In this document: positions 29,204-39,209 of the stretch, in pieces | Numbering within the stretch: the first letter of the stretch is position 1 | Layout of the letters: each line of letters begins with the position of its first letter | From: Pyrodictiaceae archaeon | GTDB taxonomy: Archaea > Thermoproteota > Thermoprotei_A > Sulfolobales > Pyrodictiaceae | Assembly (NCBI GenBank): GCA_027036135.1 | Contig: JALVSY010000007.1 | Span: 644,880 to 708,879 of the forward strand | Reading direction: 5' to 3' | Length of the DNA: 64,000 nucleotides | Notes under the pieces: model-generated | Seen by the model: the letters and a program-made list of their open reading frames with translations, nothing else | What the model was told of the DNA's origin: nothing | Databases searched by the model: none | Position numbers and translations under genes: made by a program

Positions 29204-30148
29204 CGCCAGTAGCGCCGCCACGGCGCAGAGCCAGAGTAGGGCAGCAAGGGCGACGAGCCTAACCCCTCTACGGATATCCGTGGCCGAGGGGAGCCTCCCT
29301 TGCCCCAGCTTGTAGTGCCCGGGCTTCTCGAGAACAACTCCGAGGGCGCCGGCTAGGCTACTCATAGGGTGCCCAGCGTTAACGCTCTCGGTTACCCCTG
29401 AGTAGCGTCTCCAAACACTATAGGCTCTGCCGGGATCGCCGCCGATGAGCGGCGAGAGGAGAACTAGGAGTAGCGCCGTCAGCCTCGCCGGGACATAGTT
29501 GACAACCGTATCCATCTTGGCGCTTAGCCACCCAGCCTCAAGGTACTCAGGCGTCTTGAACCCTAGGGCGCCGTCAAGCGTGTTAACAATTCTCTGGAAC
29601 AATGCACCAAGGGGCCCGAGTAGCACTGCATAGAGGAGCGGAGAAGTATATCCATCAACCAAGCTCTCTGAGAGGCTCTCGAGAGCAGCACTTGCCACGT
29701 GCCCCGGGCCTAGGACGTAGACGTTGCGCCTAACAAGCCCCTGGGCAACCCGCCGAGCCTCGTCAAGCCGCCCAGCCTCTAGATGCTCTGCGACCTGGGC
29801 CACGCTCTCTAGGAGGAGGCGTAGCGAGAAAGAAGTCTTCAGCACCCACGCCGCTGCCAGGACCCAGGCCCAGGGAGACACCAGGTACGCCGTGTAGAGG
29901 AGTAGCGAGTAGAGACCGAGGTGACTAGTGACTACAACGAGCCAGGCCACTACTCCCCTGGTGCGCGAGGAGCGGGGCGGAGCCAGCTTCTTCGCAGCAA
30001 CAAAGGCTGTGTGAACCGGGTGTATGGAGAGCAGGAACCCGCTATGATAGGGATAGGCGTAGTCGAGCACGTGGGCTAGGAGGAGGGAGGCGAAGAGAAG
30101 CCCTGGGCTTGGATAAGCCCACTCTGGTAGAACACGTGGAAGCGACAA
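29183..30148 (-). CDS. cbiB: Adenosylcobinamide-phosphate synthase
   Basis: HPV, ESLSESLVDG, VNTLD, NYVPARLT, SVNAGHP. Confidence 0.92.
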   Translation of the reverse strand: MSLPRVLPEWAYPSPGLLFASLLLAHVLDYAYPYHSGFLLSIHPVHTAFVAAKKLAPPRSSRTRGVVAWLVVVTSHLGLYSLLLYTAYLVSPWAWVLAAAWVLKTSFSLRLLLESVAQVAEHLEAGRLDEARRVAQGLVRRNVYVLGPGHVASAALESLSESLVDGYTSPLLYAVLLGPLGALFQRIVNTLDGALGFKTPEYLEAGWLSAKMDTVVNYVPARLTALLLVLLSPLIGGDPGRAYSVWRRYSGVTESVNAGHPMSSLAGALGVVLEKPGHYKLGQGRLPSATDIRRGVRLVALAALLWLCAVAALLALAMALG

Positions 30149-30157
30149 GGTGCTTCG

Positions 30158-30901
30158 TCACCACCGGGGCGCCGGGTTCGCTACGAGCGCCCCCCCTAGC
30201 AGCGAGGCTGTACCAGCTACCTCGTAGACGAAGCCGAGCACGTCCCCGGAGGCGTAGCCTAGTCTCGTCTCCGCGTCCCTGGCGACCAGCAAGGCGGCCA
30301 CCGTGCCCGCCGCTATGGCTGCCGCGACCCCAGCCGGGGAGAGATAGACGAGGAGGAGTAGCAGCGATGAGGAGAGGACCGCGTTGAGCACCTTGCCTCT
30401 CCGCGTCACGCCGAGGGTGTAGAAGAGCTGGCCAAGCCCCGCGTGCCCCGGCTTGGGGAGCAGCGCCGATACTAGGTACATGGACTCAGCTGCCACCACG
30501 TAGCTAGCCATTATTGTTGCCCAGTCCCCGTGAAGAGCGGCTAGCCCGGCAAGCCTCGCAGCAACTATTACCGCTGTGTAGCTTACCGCGAAGCCGCCAC
30601 GCCTAGGATCCTTCATTATCTCTACTGCTTTCTGCCCAGTAGCTCCTGCTCCTATAGCGTCGCTGTAGTCAGCGAACCCGTCTAGGTGCAGACCACCAGT
30701 AACCCATAAGTGGGCTACGAGCCCGAGGCCGGCAGCCAGTATCGGTGACCCCGTAAGCGACATAGCTAGGACCACAACCAGGCCCTCGAAGAGCCCGACG
30801 AGCGGAACCAAGGGGTAGCCGCGGGCAGCGTCCTCGATACTATGGCATGGCAGTGGTACACGGGTCAGGAAGGCGAATAGGCAGCTCAGCCTCCTAAGCA
30901 T
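30158..30901 (-). CDS. cobS: Cobalamin synthase
   Basis: FLTRVP, TGGLHLDGFAD, IMKDPR, GDVLG. Confidence 0.93.
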   Translation of the reverse strand: MLRRLSCLFAFLTRVPLPCHSIEDAARGYPLVPLVGLFEGLVVVLAMSLTGSPILAAGLGLVAHLWVTGGLHLDGFADYSDAIGAGATGQKAVEIMKDPRRGGFAVSYTAVIVAARLAGLAALHGDWATIMASYVVAAESMYLVSALLPKPGHAGLGQLFYTLGVTRRGKVLNAVLSSSLLLLLVYLSPAGVAAAIAAGTVAALLVARDAETRLGYASGDVLGFVYEVAGTASLLGGALVANPAPRW

Positions 30902-31940
30902 CGCTCCCACCGAGGACTCTGCTAAACGCCTTTATGAGCACATCGTTCTCTCCAGGGGTCTTGACCGAGACGCGGCTAAACGTCTCGTCGAGCCCGTAGA
31001 AGCTTGAGGCATTCCTCACGTATACCCCGTGGCGCATCAAGCGCTCCTGGAGAAGGGGGTGCGGGAGAGAGGCATGGCGCACTAGGAGGAAGGGTGCCTG
31101 GCTGGGATAGACGCGGAGGCCTAGGCCGCGGAGGAGGGCTGTGAGACGAGGGTTCTCATCCTCTACTAGCATCCTTGCCCGGGCCACGTAGTAGCGGCTG
31201 CGTTCATCGAGCAATAGTTCTGTATAGATGCATGCCTCGAGGCTGCCGACGGGCCAGGCTTGGAGGGCTAGGCGCAGACGCCTAGCAAGCCCTTGCTCCG
31301 CGAGCACGTAGCCTAGGCGGAGACCCGGTGTCGCGAAGGTCTTGGTGAGGCTCCTCACAACCACTAATCCATCGCCGGGGCCCAGCCTCTCAGCCCCCGG
31401 GGCTAGGTCTATGAAGGCCTCGTCGAGGACGAGGAGCGAGCGTCTTCGAGACAACCTTGTCGCCAACTCATACACGTAGTCGCTGGACGCGAGGTAGCCG
31501 ACGGGGTTGTTCGGCCTAGACAACACCACTAACGCGTTCTCAGCAGCAAGTCTCGCTACCTCCTCGGGGGCGGGGAGCGTGATAGAGTAGTCCCCAAGCC
31601 CTACGAGAACTCGGTGTAGCTCTACTCCCTGGCTCCTAGCCTGTACCCCGTGGTCGCCGAAGCACGGCTCTATAACGACGAGTCTCCTAGCCCGGAGCAG
31701 GAGGGGGAGGAGGGCAAGGGCCTCTGCAGAGCCATTAACAACCACTACTTCCCCGGCCTCGGCTCCGTGGAAGCCTGCTATCGCTTCCCTTAGCTCCCTA
31801 TAGCTCGGCGAGGGGTAGCGGAGAAAGGGGCGCCTAGAGACACAGTCCTCGACAACGTCGCCGAGGAAGCTCGGGGGCCCAAGGGGGTTAGCGGGCGCGC
31901 TATAATCATGGGCTAGTGGCGGGGCCTGGCCCCCATGCAC
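30894..31940 (-). CDS. cobD: L-threonine-O-3-phosphate decarboxylase (PLP)
   Basis: HGG start, NPLG, PNNPVG, LDEAF, RSLTKTFATPGLRLGY. Likely GTG at 31940. Confidence 0.85.
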   Translation of the reverse strand: MHGGQAPPLAHDYSAPANPLGPPSFLGDVVEDCVSRRPFLRYPSPSYRELREAIAGFHGAEAGEVVVVNGSAEALALLPLLLRARRLVVIEPCFGDHGVQARSQGVELHRVLVGLGDYSITLPAPEEVARLAAENALVVLSRPNNPVGYLASSDYVYELATRLSRRRSLLVLDEAFIDLAPGAERLGPGDGLVVVRSLTKTFATPGLRLGYVLAEQGLARRLRLALQAWPVGSLEACIYTELLLDERSRYYVARARMLVEDENPRLTALLRGLGLRVYPSQAPFLLVRHASLPHPLLQERLMRHGVYVRNASSFYGLDETFSRVSVKTPGENDVLIKAFSRVLGGSDA

Positions 31941-32479
31941 TAGCCCGACCTCCTCCTGCAAAGCTTCTCGGCCTCCACGTAGTCCCTCCAAGTATTGACG
32001 TTGAGCCATGTGGGGGAGTGTTTCACCACTATGTTTCTCCAGGGCTCGAACCCGGACAGTAGGAGAGAGACACCGATGGGCCCCGCCTTGCTCGTCTCGA
32101 GCGTCACTAGGCCATTACCGATCCTCATTGCCTTGTTGATGAAGTCTCTGAGTGCGCTCGCTGAGAGGAACGGGGTATCGCTTGGGAGCACGAGCAGAGG
32201 CCTATGCGGGATGAGCCTAGCCACTAGCGCTACGTCCTCGGGGTAGCCGCTGCCACTAAGCACGACACAGGAGTCGATGAACCCCAGGCTGCAGGCGCTG
32301 CGCACCTCATTAGCTGTGAACGGTGACGCCGCGACAACTATGCTCTGCGCCACGCTCATCGCTACACGGGCCACGCGTACAAGCATGGGCTCGCCGCACA
32401 CGGGCAGCATTGGCTTAGCCACGCCACCCATACGGGTAGCCCTTCCACCAGCCATTATGACCGCAACGAGGCGAGGCAA
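31940..32479 (-). CDS. cobY: Adenosylcobinamide-phosphate guanylyltransferase
   Basis: MAGGRATRMG..KP, NVNT, cob gene context. Confidence 0.85.
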   Translation of the reverse strand: MPRLVAVIMAGGRATRMGGVAKPMLPVCGEPMLVRVARVAMSVAQSIVVAASPFTANEVRSACSLGFIDSCVVLSGSGYPEDVALVARLIPHRPLLVLPSDTPFLSASALRDFINKAMRIGNGLVTLETSKAGPIGVSLLLSGFEPWRNIVVKHSPTWLNVNTWRDYVEAEKLCRRRSG

Positions 32480-32502
32480 TTCTCGTTCCCGCAGATAGGG
32501 GG

Positions 32503-33579
32503 CTAGATACCAGTGCCCAGGAGCTCGTCGTAGAGCCTTGAGAGGAGAGAGCCTATCAGCGCAGCCGCTATATCGTCTTCGAATACGGGTAGCTCGGCTA
32601 TCCTGAGTCCTATGCGGTGCTTCTCCCTATCAACCCAGTAGGAGGCGAGGAGGCCCCGGAACCCAGCAATATAGTTCGCCAGCGCTACCTCCAATGCCTC
32701 ATCGGCCACTATCCTCTTCGTGTCCTCTAGGAACTCTTCCCTAGAGACACCCGGTATGAGGCCAGCAGCCCCGTAGAGGTCAAGCTCCCTTGCAGCCAGT
32801 ATGAAGCTCCACACATTGGGGTCTCTCAGCACCCTCCCCAGCATGGAGCGCAGCTTGCTCCTCACAACCTGCTCCGATACCCCGGGGACAGGGGCTACAC
32901 GGTAAACCCTCATAGCCTCCTCAACTAGCTCCTCTACGTCTAGTCCTAGGAAGCCCCGCAGCCTCTCCCCGAGGCTTCTATCATCCCCCCTTATCACAGC
33001 GTTATGTACTAGCCTCGCGACAGCGTTGCCGAGCCTAGTAGCCATCCCGGCCCAGCGGGGACCACCGGGACTAATCCTGGCAGCAACAGCTACCGCGTCG
33101 GTCACTGTGCCAGGGCTCCTTGAGCTGCACCGTAGCCCGAGCATGCTCGAGGCAAGGCACTTCGCCTCAGCGGCGACGCGGTATAGGTCTAGTAGTGCTG
33201 GCTCACTGACCTCCCTCTCTACAACGACTACTATGTTTATAGTGCCGGGCCTGGGTGCCTCGTAGAGTTCTTCCTGCTCTATGCACACGGGTGGACGCAG
33301 CCCCACGGTAGCATAGACCGTTGCATACTCGTCCTCAAGCTTAATGTACTTGCCCTTCTCCACGGCTGTGAGAAAAACAATGGTTCTTCCTGGGTCTAGG
33401 CCGAGGTCCTCAGCAACCCTAGCCGAGTACTCGTCGATATCATCTACTTGGAACCCTTTATCCACGTAGTGGAGCACAACATGCTCTGCATCCACGAGGC
33501 CATGCATGCTCGAGGCTATCCTCAGCACACCGCCTAGGCTGATTACCAGGGAGTCGTTAACGAGTTTCTCGCTAGCCAC
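32503..33579 (-). CDS. cbiS: CbiZ amidohydrolase fused to CobZ alpha-ribazole phosphatase (CbiS-like)
   Basis: N-terminal GTINI, EAK, GTVTDA (CbiZ); C-terminal DPNV, IVADE, FEDD (CobZ). Confidence 0.8.
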   Translation of the reverse strand: MASEKLVNDSLVISLGGVLRIASSMHGLVDAEHVVLHYVDKGFQVDDIDEYSARVAEDLGLDPGRTIVFLTAVEKGKYIKLEDEYATVYATVGLRPPVCIEQEELYEAPRPGTINIVVVVEREVSEPALLDLYRVAAEAKCLASSMLGLRCSSRSPGTVTDAVAVAARISPGGPRWAGMATRLGNAVARLVHNAVIRGDDRSLGERLRGFLGLDVEELVEEAMRVYRVAPVPGVSEQVVRSKLRSMLGRVLRDPNVWSFILAARELDLYGAAGLIPGVSREEFLEDTKRIVADEALEVALANYIAGFRGLLASYWVDREKHRIGLRIAELPVFEDDIAAALIGSLLSRLYDELLGTGI

Positions 33580-33581
33580 GA

Positions 33582-34685
33582 CTAGGTCTTCCCCTTGCCC
33601 AGGACTCTCTCGTACTCCTCCTCGATTAGTCTCCTTAGCTCCTCTAGCCCTAGGCCGCGAGCAACGCCTAGTACTAGGGCTCCCCCGGCCCCGACGCCCT
33701 CCTTGACGAAGCCCTCGTCGTACGCTCTTAGTCCTCGGTGCCTGGTTCCCTGGAACGAGAACTTTGTAGCTATTACTGGGACGCTTGGCGCTATGTCTCT
33801 CACGAGCCCAGCCATATCAGCGCTTGCATCATTTATTATCCATGGGGTAGTGAGCACACCAATACGTTCCAGGGTGCCTGGGCTGGTTCTCGCGAGAATC
33901 GCTAATACCGCTGCCATCTGTGTTCCGCCAGCGAGGCCCACTAGAGCGCCTGCCTCAGCCGCGCCCCGCGCAAGCCCAGCTATCGATACATGGACTGGGT
34001 CACCGACTTCATCAATTTTCTCGAAGACGTCGCCTAGGCCGTGTGCCCGCTCAAGTGCTCTCATCACAACCCTTGTACGTAGATCGTGGGGGTTCTCGGC
34101 AGAGCTACTACTAACCCTGCCCAGGCCCCGGTACCCAAGGGCCTCGACAACGGCAGCAGCCACAGTGGTCCCACCGGGAATGGTCTCGCCCACTACGAGG
34201 ACGTCTAGTCGGCGTGCTATCCTAGAGCCTAGGAGGCGTGCCTCCTCGTAGAGCCTCCTCGCCGTGCCCCGTGGAAGCGCTGGCTCCTCGTCAATCCTGC
34301 CACCCATGTGCCTCGAGGGAAGAGCTACATGAGGTACTCGGGGTTCATAGGCACAGCCAGCATTGATTACTAGGACTGGCTCCCCCAGTGCCTCGAGGAC
34401 TGCACGCGTTATTAGGGCAGGTGTTGGTAAGCCCTCCGGCGACACTGGTACAACGTCAAGGGTTACTGGCTTACCCGCAAGGAGATACTCGACGTCAAGC
34501 GTCGGCGTGTAGAGCGTTGCCTCGGGACTAGGCCCCGCGATACTGATCCCGGGTACAGTGGAGGTCTTCGTGCTCCCCGCTACTACGCTGAAGAGGGTTC
34601 TCGAAGAGAGTTTCTCGAGAAGTCTCCCCGCCTGCTCCTCAGGCCCTATCACAACGAGGTCCTTATTCAAGGAGAGCTGCACCAA
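33582..34685 (-). CDS. cobT: Archaeal nicotinate-nucleotide:base phosphoribosyltransferase
   Basis: PGISIAG, PTPALIT, GETIPGGTT, AGGTQM, VKEGVGAGG. Confidence 0.88.
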   Translation of the reverse strand: MVQLSLNKDLVVIGPEEQAGRLLEKLSSRTLFSVVAGSTKTSTVPGISIAGPSPEATLYTPTLDVEYLLAGKPVTLDVVPVSPEGLPTPALITRAVLEALGEPVLVINAGCAYEPRVPHVALPSRHMGGRIDEEPALPRGTARRLYEEARLLGSRIARRLDVLVVGETIPGGTTVAAAVVEALGYRGLGRVSSSSAENPHDLRTRVVMRALERAHGLGDVFEKIDEVGDPVHVSIAGLARGAAEAGALVGLAGGTQMAAVLAILARTSPGTLERIGVLTTPWIINDASADMAGLVRDIAPSVPVIATKFSFQGTRHRGLRAYDEGFVKEGVGAGGALVLGVARGLGLEELRRLIEEEYERVLGKGKT

Positions 34686-34721
34686 GCAATGTGGCTGGAC
34701 CCCGGGTCCAGTATTTACTGG

Positions 34722-35498
34722 CTACGCTGGCTTAACCGGTATAGGCACGCTACGCCCATCTATATTAGCCATCGCCACCTCTACCCCAAAGACCCTGGAA
34801 AGCAAGTTGGGCTCCAATACCTTCTCCGGGCCTCCCTCGGCCACCTTCCTCCCACCGCTCAGCACTATGACATGGTCAGCGTACAGGGAGGCAAGCGTCA
34901 TATCATGAGTAGCTATAATGACTATCCTGCCCTTCGCTGCCTGTGCCTCGAGCAAGGTGTAGACGAGAAGCCTGCCCCTTAGGTCCTGGAAGCTTGTAGG
35001 CTCATCAACCACGAGTGCCCTGGCTCTGCGGAGAAGCACGTGGGCTAGCTGGGCTCGTTGCCTCTCACCACTACTCGTGGCACTGAGAGCACGCCAGGCA
35101 AGTCCCTCGACTTGTAGGAGGCGCAGCGCTCTATGAGCATCCCTTATGTCCTCCTTGCTAGGCCCCAGGGCTAGCCCGCTCCTAGCCGGGTAGCGGCTAG
35201 CAGCGACGTACTCAACAACGCTCTGGCCCAGGCCGGGTGCTGGCAGCTCCGGGGGCATATAGGCTATCAGTCTTGCCCGCTCCCGTGGGGAAAGGGAGTA
35301 GATGTCGCGCCCCCCTAGCAGTACTTTGCCCTCCTGGGGGGCTAGGAGCCCCGCTAGGACTCGGAGAAGCGTCGTCTTCCCAGCACCGTTGGGGCCTAGG
35401 ATAACCGTTACCTTGCCCGGCTCGGCCTCTAGGCTAACCCTGCTAAGGACCCGGTAGCCCCGGAGCTTCACTGTTACCCCGGTTGCTTGAAGCGTCAT
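34722..35498 (-). CDS. btuD: Corrinoid ABC transporter ATPase
   Basis: GPNGAGKT, SSGERQ, DEPT. Confidence 0.8.
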   Translation of the reverse strand: MTLQATGVTVKLRGYRVLSRVSLEAEPGKVTVILGPNGAGKTTLLRVLAGLLAPQEGKVLLGGRDIYSLSPRERARLIAYMPPELPAPGLGQSVVEYVAASRYPARSGLALGPSKEDIRDAHRALRLLQVEGLAWRALSATSSGERQRAQLAHVLLRRARALVVDEPTSFQDLRGRLLVYTLLEAQAAKGRIVIIATHDMTLASLYADHVIVLSGGRKVAEGGPEKVLEPNLLSRVFGVEVAMANIDGRSVPIPVKPA

Positions 35499-36463
35499 TG
35501 CCCTAGCCCAGCCTCCATCCTGACCAAGAGATATGCGAGGAACACTCCCCCAGTTATGGCTGTGACAAGGCCGCCAGGGACCTCGCCCATGTGCAGCACC
35601 ATGCTTATTGAGCGGGCAACAATGTCTGCCCCGAGAGATATTATTGAGCCAAGGAGAATGGTTGCTGGTATGCTGCGGGCAGGGTGACCGCCGACAAGCA
35701 AACGAGCAGCATTGGGCGCGATGAGCGAGACGAAGTAGATTATGCCCGCGGCGTAAACGCTGACAGCGCTGAGAGCAGCTGCTGTAGCAGTCGCTACCAG
35801 TCTTACGAGGCCAGGGCTGTACCCGAGGCTCGCCGCCACATCGTCGCCGTAGGAGAGGGCGTCAAGCCCCCTTGAGAGAAACAGCGCTATGATTGTACCC
35901 GCTACTAGGCCCAGGAGGGAGAGCAACACGCTATCCCAAGTAGCATAGGCGAACGTGCCTAGGAGGAGTAGTGCCGCGCTTATCCCGGCCAGGGCCTCAG
36001 CGATTAGGGTTAGGAGACTAGAGAGACCTGCGAGAAGGCTAGCAACCGCGATACCTGCTAGTACGAGGCCGGTTCTCGTGAGCCCTATCCTTGCCGCGAG
36101 AGCTACGCTCGCTAAGTAAGCTAGGAGACCACCTACAACACCAGCTATGAGGGGGAGTCCAAGGGGAGGGGAGCCTTGATAAACTATTATGACCAGCATT
36201 GAGCCTACAAAGGCTCCCTGCAGAACTCCGAGGATATCCGGGGATGCGAGGGGATTAGAGACAGCGTACTGGGTAAATAGCCCAGCGATGCCAAGTACGC
36301 CCCCAACGCCTATCGCCAATAAGGCTCTCATTAATCGTATTCTTAGCACAAGGCCTCGGAGCCCGCTAGGAGGCGAGACGCCTAGGGGTCCTAGGAACAA
36401 GCTCAAGATCAATAGGCCTAGAAGGGAAAAAATAAGCATAAGCCACGCTGTGAGACTCTTCAA
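35495..36463 (-). CDS. btuC: Corrinoid ABC transporter permease (FecCD family)
   Basis: NPLASPDILG, GDDVAASLG. Confidence 0.8.
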   Translation of the reverse strand: MKSLTAWLMLIFSLLGLLILSLFLGPLGVSPPSGLRGLVLRIRLMRALLAIGVGGVLGIAGLFTQYAVSNPLASPDILGVLQGAFVGSMLVIIVYQGSPPLGLPLIAGVVGGLLAYLASVALAARIGLTRTGLVLAGIAVASLLAGLSSLLTLIAEALAGISAALLLLGTFAYATWDSVLLSLLGLVAGTIIALFLSRGLDALSYGDDVAASLGYSPGLVRLVATATAAALSAVSVYAAGIIYFVSLIAPNAARLLVGGHPARSIPATILLGSIISLGADIVARSISMVLHMGEVPGGLVTAITGGVFLAYLLVRMEAGLGQ

Positions 36464-36482
36464 GGCCTATTGCACCGCTCAG

Positions 36483-37619
36483 CTAGCTACTGGGCTTTAT
36501 GCACGCATAATAGCCTTCTAGGCTTGTCGGTGGCTTCACCTTGTCGGGATGAAGTATCGCTGCTAGTAGGTAGGCTGCATCAACTATCCCTACCGAGGGT
36601 CTGTTAATCTTATTCGTGGCCTCGCCGTAGACTACGCAGACGTGTCCCTCCTTGTACGCCTTGAGGTTCCTGAGCACGGTTTTCCCGAAGAACTCCTTAG
36701 TCTTATTGTACACTGTCTTGCTCATGCCAGTTACGATTATGTAGTCTGGATTAGTTTTTATGAAGTCTTCGAAGCCGACCATCTGCCACCCGTAAAGGTA
36801 GTGGAAGGCGTTCTTGCCCCCTGCCAGTGTTATCAAGGTGTCTTGGAAGGTGCCGCCACCCGTTACCCAGGCGCCGTTCTTGCCGAGGTATACCACCAGG
36901 GCTACGCTCGGCTTCGTGGTGTTGACCAGGAGCTTCTCTAGCTCATTAATCCTTGCCTCCATGCTGTTTATCACCTTCTTTGCCGCATCCGGCTTCCCTA
37001 GGAGCGTCGCTATCGCTGTCAAGTCCCAGTAGATGTCGCTAAGGCCCCGCGCCTTGTCGCAGCGAAGGAAGAACACCTTTACTCCGGCACTCTCTAGTTG
37101 CTTAGCCATCGCCTCCTGCGCGGGTACGCCGCTACAGGCTAGCACTAGGTCTGGCTTAGCACTGAGTATTTTCTCCACACTTGGCTGCCAGTAGCCGCCC
37201 ACATCAACCACGTTGCTTGGCAGCCCTTTAATACCCTTGGAGAAGGAGTCTACACCGACTATCTTGTCGCAGAAGCCTAGGGCACAGACATCCTCTGTTA
37301 TTGAGGGTGCGAGTGAGACTATTCTCGAGGCTGGCTTTGTTAAGACAATCTTCCTTCCAAGAGCATCAACAAGCACTATCTCCTTGGCCGTGACCGTGCT
37401 CGTCACGGTACTCGTCGCTGTCTTCACAACCGTTACCGGCTTCGTGGTCACTGTGGAGGAAGTGGCGGTAACCGTTACAGTGGTAGTGCTAACACTCGGG
37501 CTCGTAACAGTCACTGTTCGCGTCGCCGCCTTGCCAGCATAGTAGCCTATGGCAAGTCCTATTATTATCGAGATTATGACAGCTACTGTCAATATAGCTG
37601 GGCCTGGTCCACGCGGCAT
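36483..37619 (-). CDS. btuF: Corrinoid ABC transporter substrate-binding protein with Thr-rich linker
   Basis: TM anchor, T/V-rich linker, DALGR, RIVSLAPSITE, PSVEKI..KPDLV. Confidence 0.82.
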   Translation of the reverse strand: MPRGPGPAILTVAVIISIIIGLAIGYYAGKAATRTVTVTSPSVSTTTVTVTATSSTVTTKPVTVVKTATSTVTSTVTAKEIVLVDALGRKIVLTKPASRIVSLAPSITEDVCALGFCDKIVGVDSFSKGIKGLPSNVVDVGGYWQPSVEKILSAKPDLVLACSGVPAQEAMAKQLESAGVKVFFLRCDKARGLSDIYWDLTAIATLLGKPDAAKKVINSMEARINELEKLLVNTTKPSVALVVYLGKNGAWVTGGGTFQDTLITLAGGKNAFHYLYGWQMVGFEDFIKTNPDYIIVTGMSKTVYNKTKEFFGKTVLRNLKAYKEGHVCVVYGEATNKINRPSVGIVDAAYLLAAILHPDKVKPPTSLEGYYACIKPSS

Positions 37620-37766
37620 AGGGACGCACCTCCTCACATGTCCTCGAGTAAGACTTACAAAATGGTCCCCGGGTCCAGGTTAAAAACATAGATGCGCAAA
37701 CGTTGACAAAAACGGTACACAATAATACCTAGTGCCAGTAGCTATGAGCCTAATTGGACGATGCTA

Positions 37767-37842
37767 GGTCTTGATGAAATGTAGCAAAGCAGAGACCCTC
37801 CCCCGGGGAGGGCTCGGTGAAGACGCCGGCGACGCTGAGCCC
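37767..37842 (+). ncRNA. C/D box methylation guide sRNA
   Basis: C TGATGA 37772-77, 12-nt guide, D' CAGA 37790-93, GC hairpin, C' GTGAAGA 37817-23, 11-nt guide, D CTGA 37835-38. Both guides match recalled 23S helix-89 sequence. Confidence 0.85.
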
Positions 37843-37850
37843 TTGTTCCT

Positions 37851-38447
37851 CTACGTGTTGCCGCATACCTGGTTTGCTCGCAGGATTGCTTCTTGGTAGC
37901 CGGGGTCTCGGCGTGCCAGTTCCTCGTATATCCTCTTCATATTAGCTTGTAGTGGCTCGAGACTGTTCCCGGTTAGCCTAAAGACGGCGTAGCTCATGCC
38001 CCCTACTGGTTCTAGTTTCTTGAGCGCCTTGGCTAGGCCTACGGCTTGCATCTCCTCTGTTATCTCGAAGCCCTTTGCTTCTTCCTCGAAGATGTGCTTG
38101 AGCAATGAGAAGGGGAGGAAGAGCCAGGCTAGGCGTGCTCCTAGCTTTATCCTTGGCATCTTTGGCGGAGCTGGGCTTGTCTCTGCTATCCTCTTTATCT
38201 CCTCTAGTTGCTCGGTCACCGATACCCTTGCGTCTAGGCGGCAATCAGCTGCTTTCTGCACAGCCTCTATGTAGGACACGGGGTGCGCTAAGAGGACGAC
38301 GCGGTACCTCTTCTCTAGGAATGGCCACGAGAACGCATCCAAGCCTATGAGCTTGTCGCCTAGCCTAGCGAGGTTATAGGGGACGAGCACTAGTTTCTCC
38401 ATGGCCCATGACCTTGCCCGGTACACGTACCCGGTAAATAACTGCAT
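37851..38447 (-). CDS. Hypothetical protein
   Basis: ORF fills the gap with coding-like composition; likely start MEKLV at 38402. Confidence 0.6.
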   Translation of the reverse strand: MQLFTGYVYRARSWAMEKLVLVPYNLARLGDKLIGLDAFSWPFLEKRYRVVLLAHPVSYIEAVQKAADCRLDARVSVTEQLEEIKRIAETSPAPPKMPRIKLGARLAWLFLPFSLLKHIFEEEAKGFEITEEMQAVGLAKALKKLEPVGGMSYAVFRLTGNSLEPLQANMKRIYEELARRDPGYQEAILRANQVCGNT

Positions 38448-38532
38448 TGCTTACAAGTAGCCTGCTATATAGGACTCGGGCCCCCGGGGACCTCGCTGCG
38501 CGGGAAGCTGTATCTAGGCCCAGGGAGCCTAG

Positions 38533-39099
38533 ATGTATAGCTCAGGGCGGCTTGGTATGAGCAAGGAGGAGCCCCGAATACTCGGCGAGGAGGTTCTCTG
38601 CCAGGGGCGCAAACTCGCCCTAGGCCAGGTTGTGGCCGAGATACGTGGCCGCAGAGTAGTCTTTGATGCGCTTCTGCACCCAGGCGCTGTAGCCATACTC
38701 GCCGTGGATGAGAAAGGCCGCGTTCTCCTCGAGAGACAGTTTAGGCCAATAATCGGGGAATGGATATACGAGGTTCCCGCAGGCACTATTGAGGAAGGCG
38801 AGGATCCGCGCGAGACTGTGCGCCGCGAGCTAGTCGAGGAAACAGGGTACGAGCCTGGAGCCATAGAACACCTCGTAACAATGTACACTAGCCCAGGTAC
38901 ATCCAAGGAGAGGCTATACATCTACCTAGCCAAGGACCTACGCTACCGAGGCGCTAGACCCGAGCAAGACGAGTTAATCGAGACTCTGTGGATCTCATTG
39001 GACGAGGCACTAGAAATGATAAGGAGGGGCGAAATAAAAGATGCCAAGACAATAGTAGCCCTCCTCTACTACAAAGCACTCTACAAAGAACATAAATAA
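38533..39099 (+). CDS. NUDIX hydrolase (ADP-ribose pyrophosphatase-like)
   Basis: GTIEEGEDPRETVRRELVEETGY, QFR, TSPG, IKDAKT. Confidence 0.92.
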   Translation: MYSSGRLGMSKEEPRILGEEVLCQGRKLALGQVVAEIRGRRVVFDALLHPGAVAILAVDEKGRVLLERQFRPIIGEWIYEVPAGTIEEGEDPRETVRRELVEETGYEPGAIEHLVTMYTSPGTSKERLYIYLAKDLRYRGARPEQDELIETLWISLDEALEMIRRGEIKDAKTIVALLYYKALYKEHK

Positions 39100-39209
39100 T
39101 CACCATAGTATTTTAACGCATAATTAATGACTTGGCTACTTCCCTGCAAAAATCCACTAGGGCCCTAGCCTAGGCACACAACACCCTTCTCCCTAAGCCT
39201 CTCCTTCAC

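Noticed and set aside
37385-37520. Repetitive GTNAC-rich DNA
   Set aside because: Encodes the Thr/Val-rich linker of BtuF; not a CRISPR or tandem repeat array.
37620-37760. Possible cobalamin riboswitch upstream of btuF
   Set aside because: No B12-box or GGGAA/GCCACUG pattern. The nearby structure is on the other strand and is explained by the C/D sRNA.
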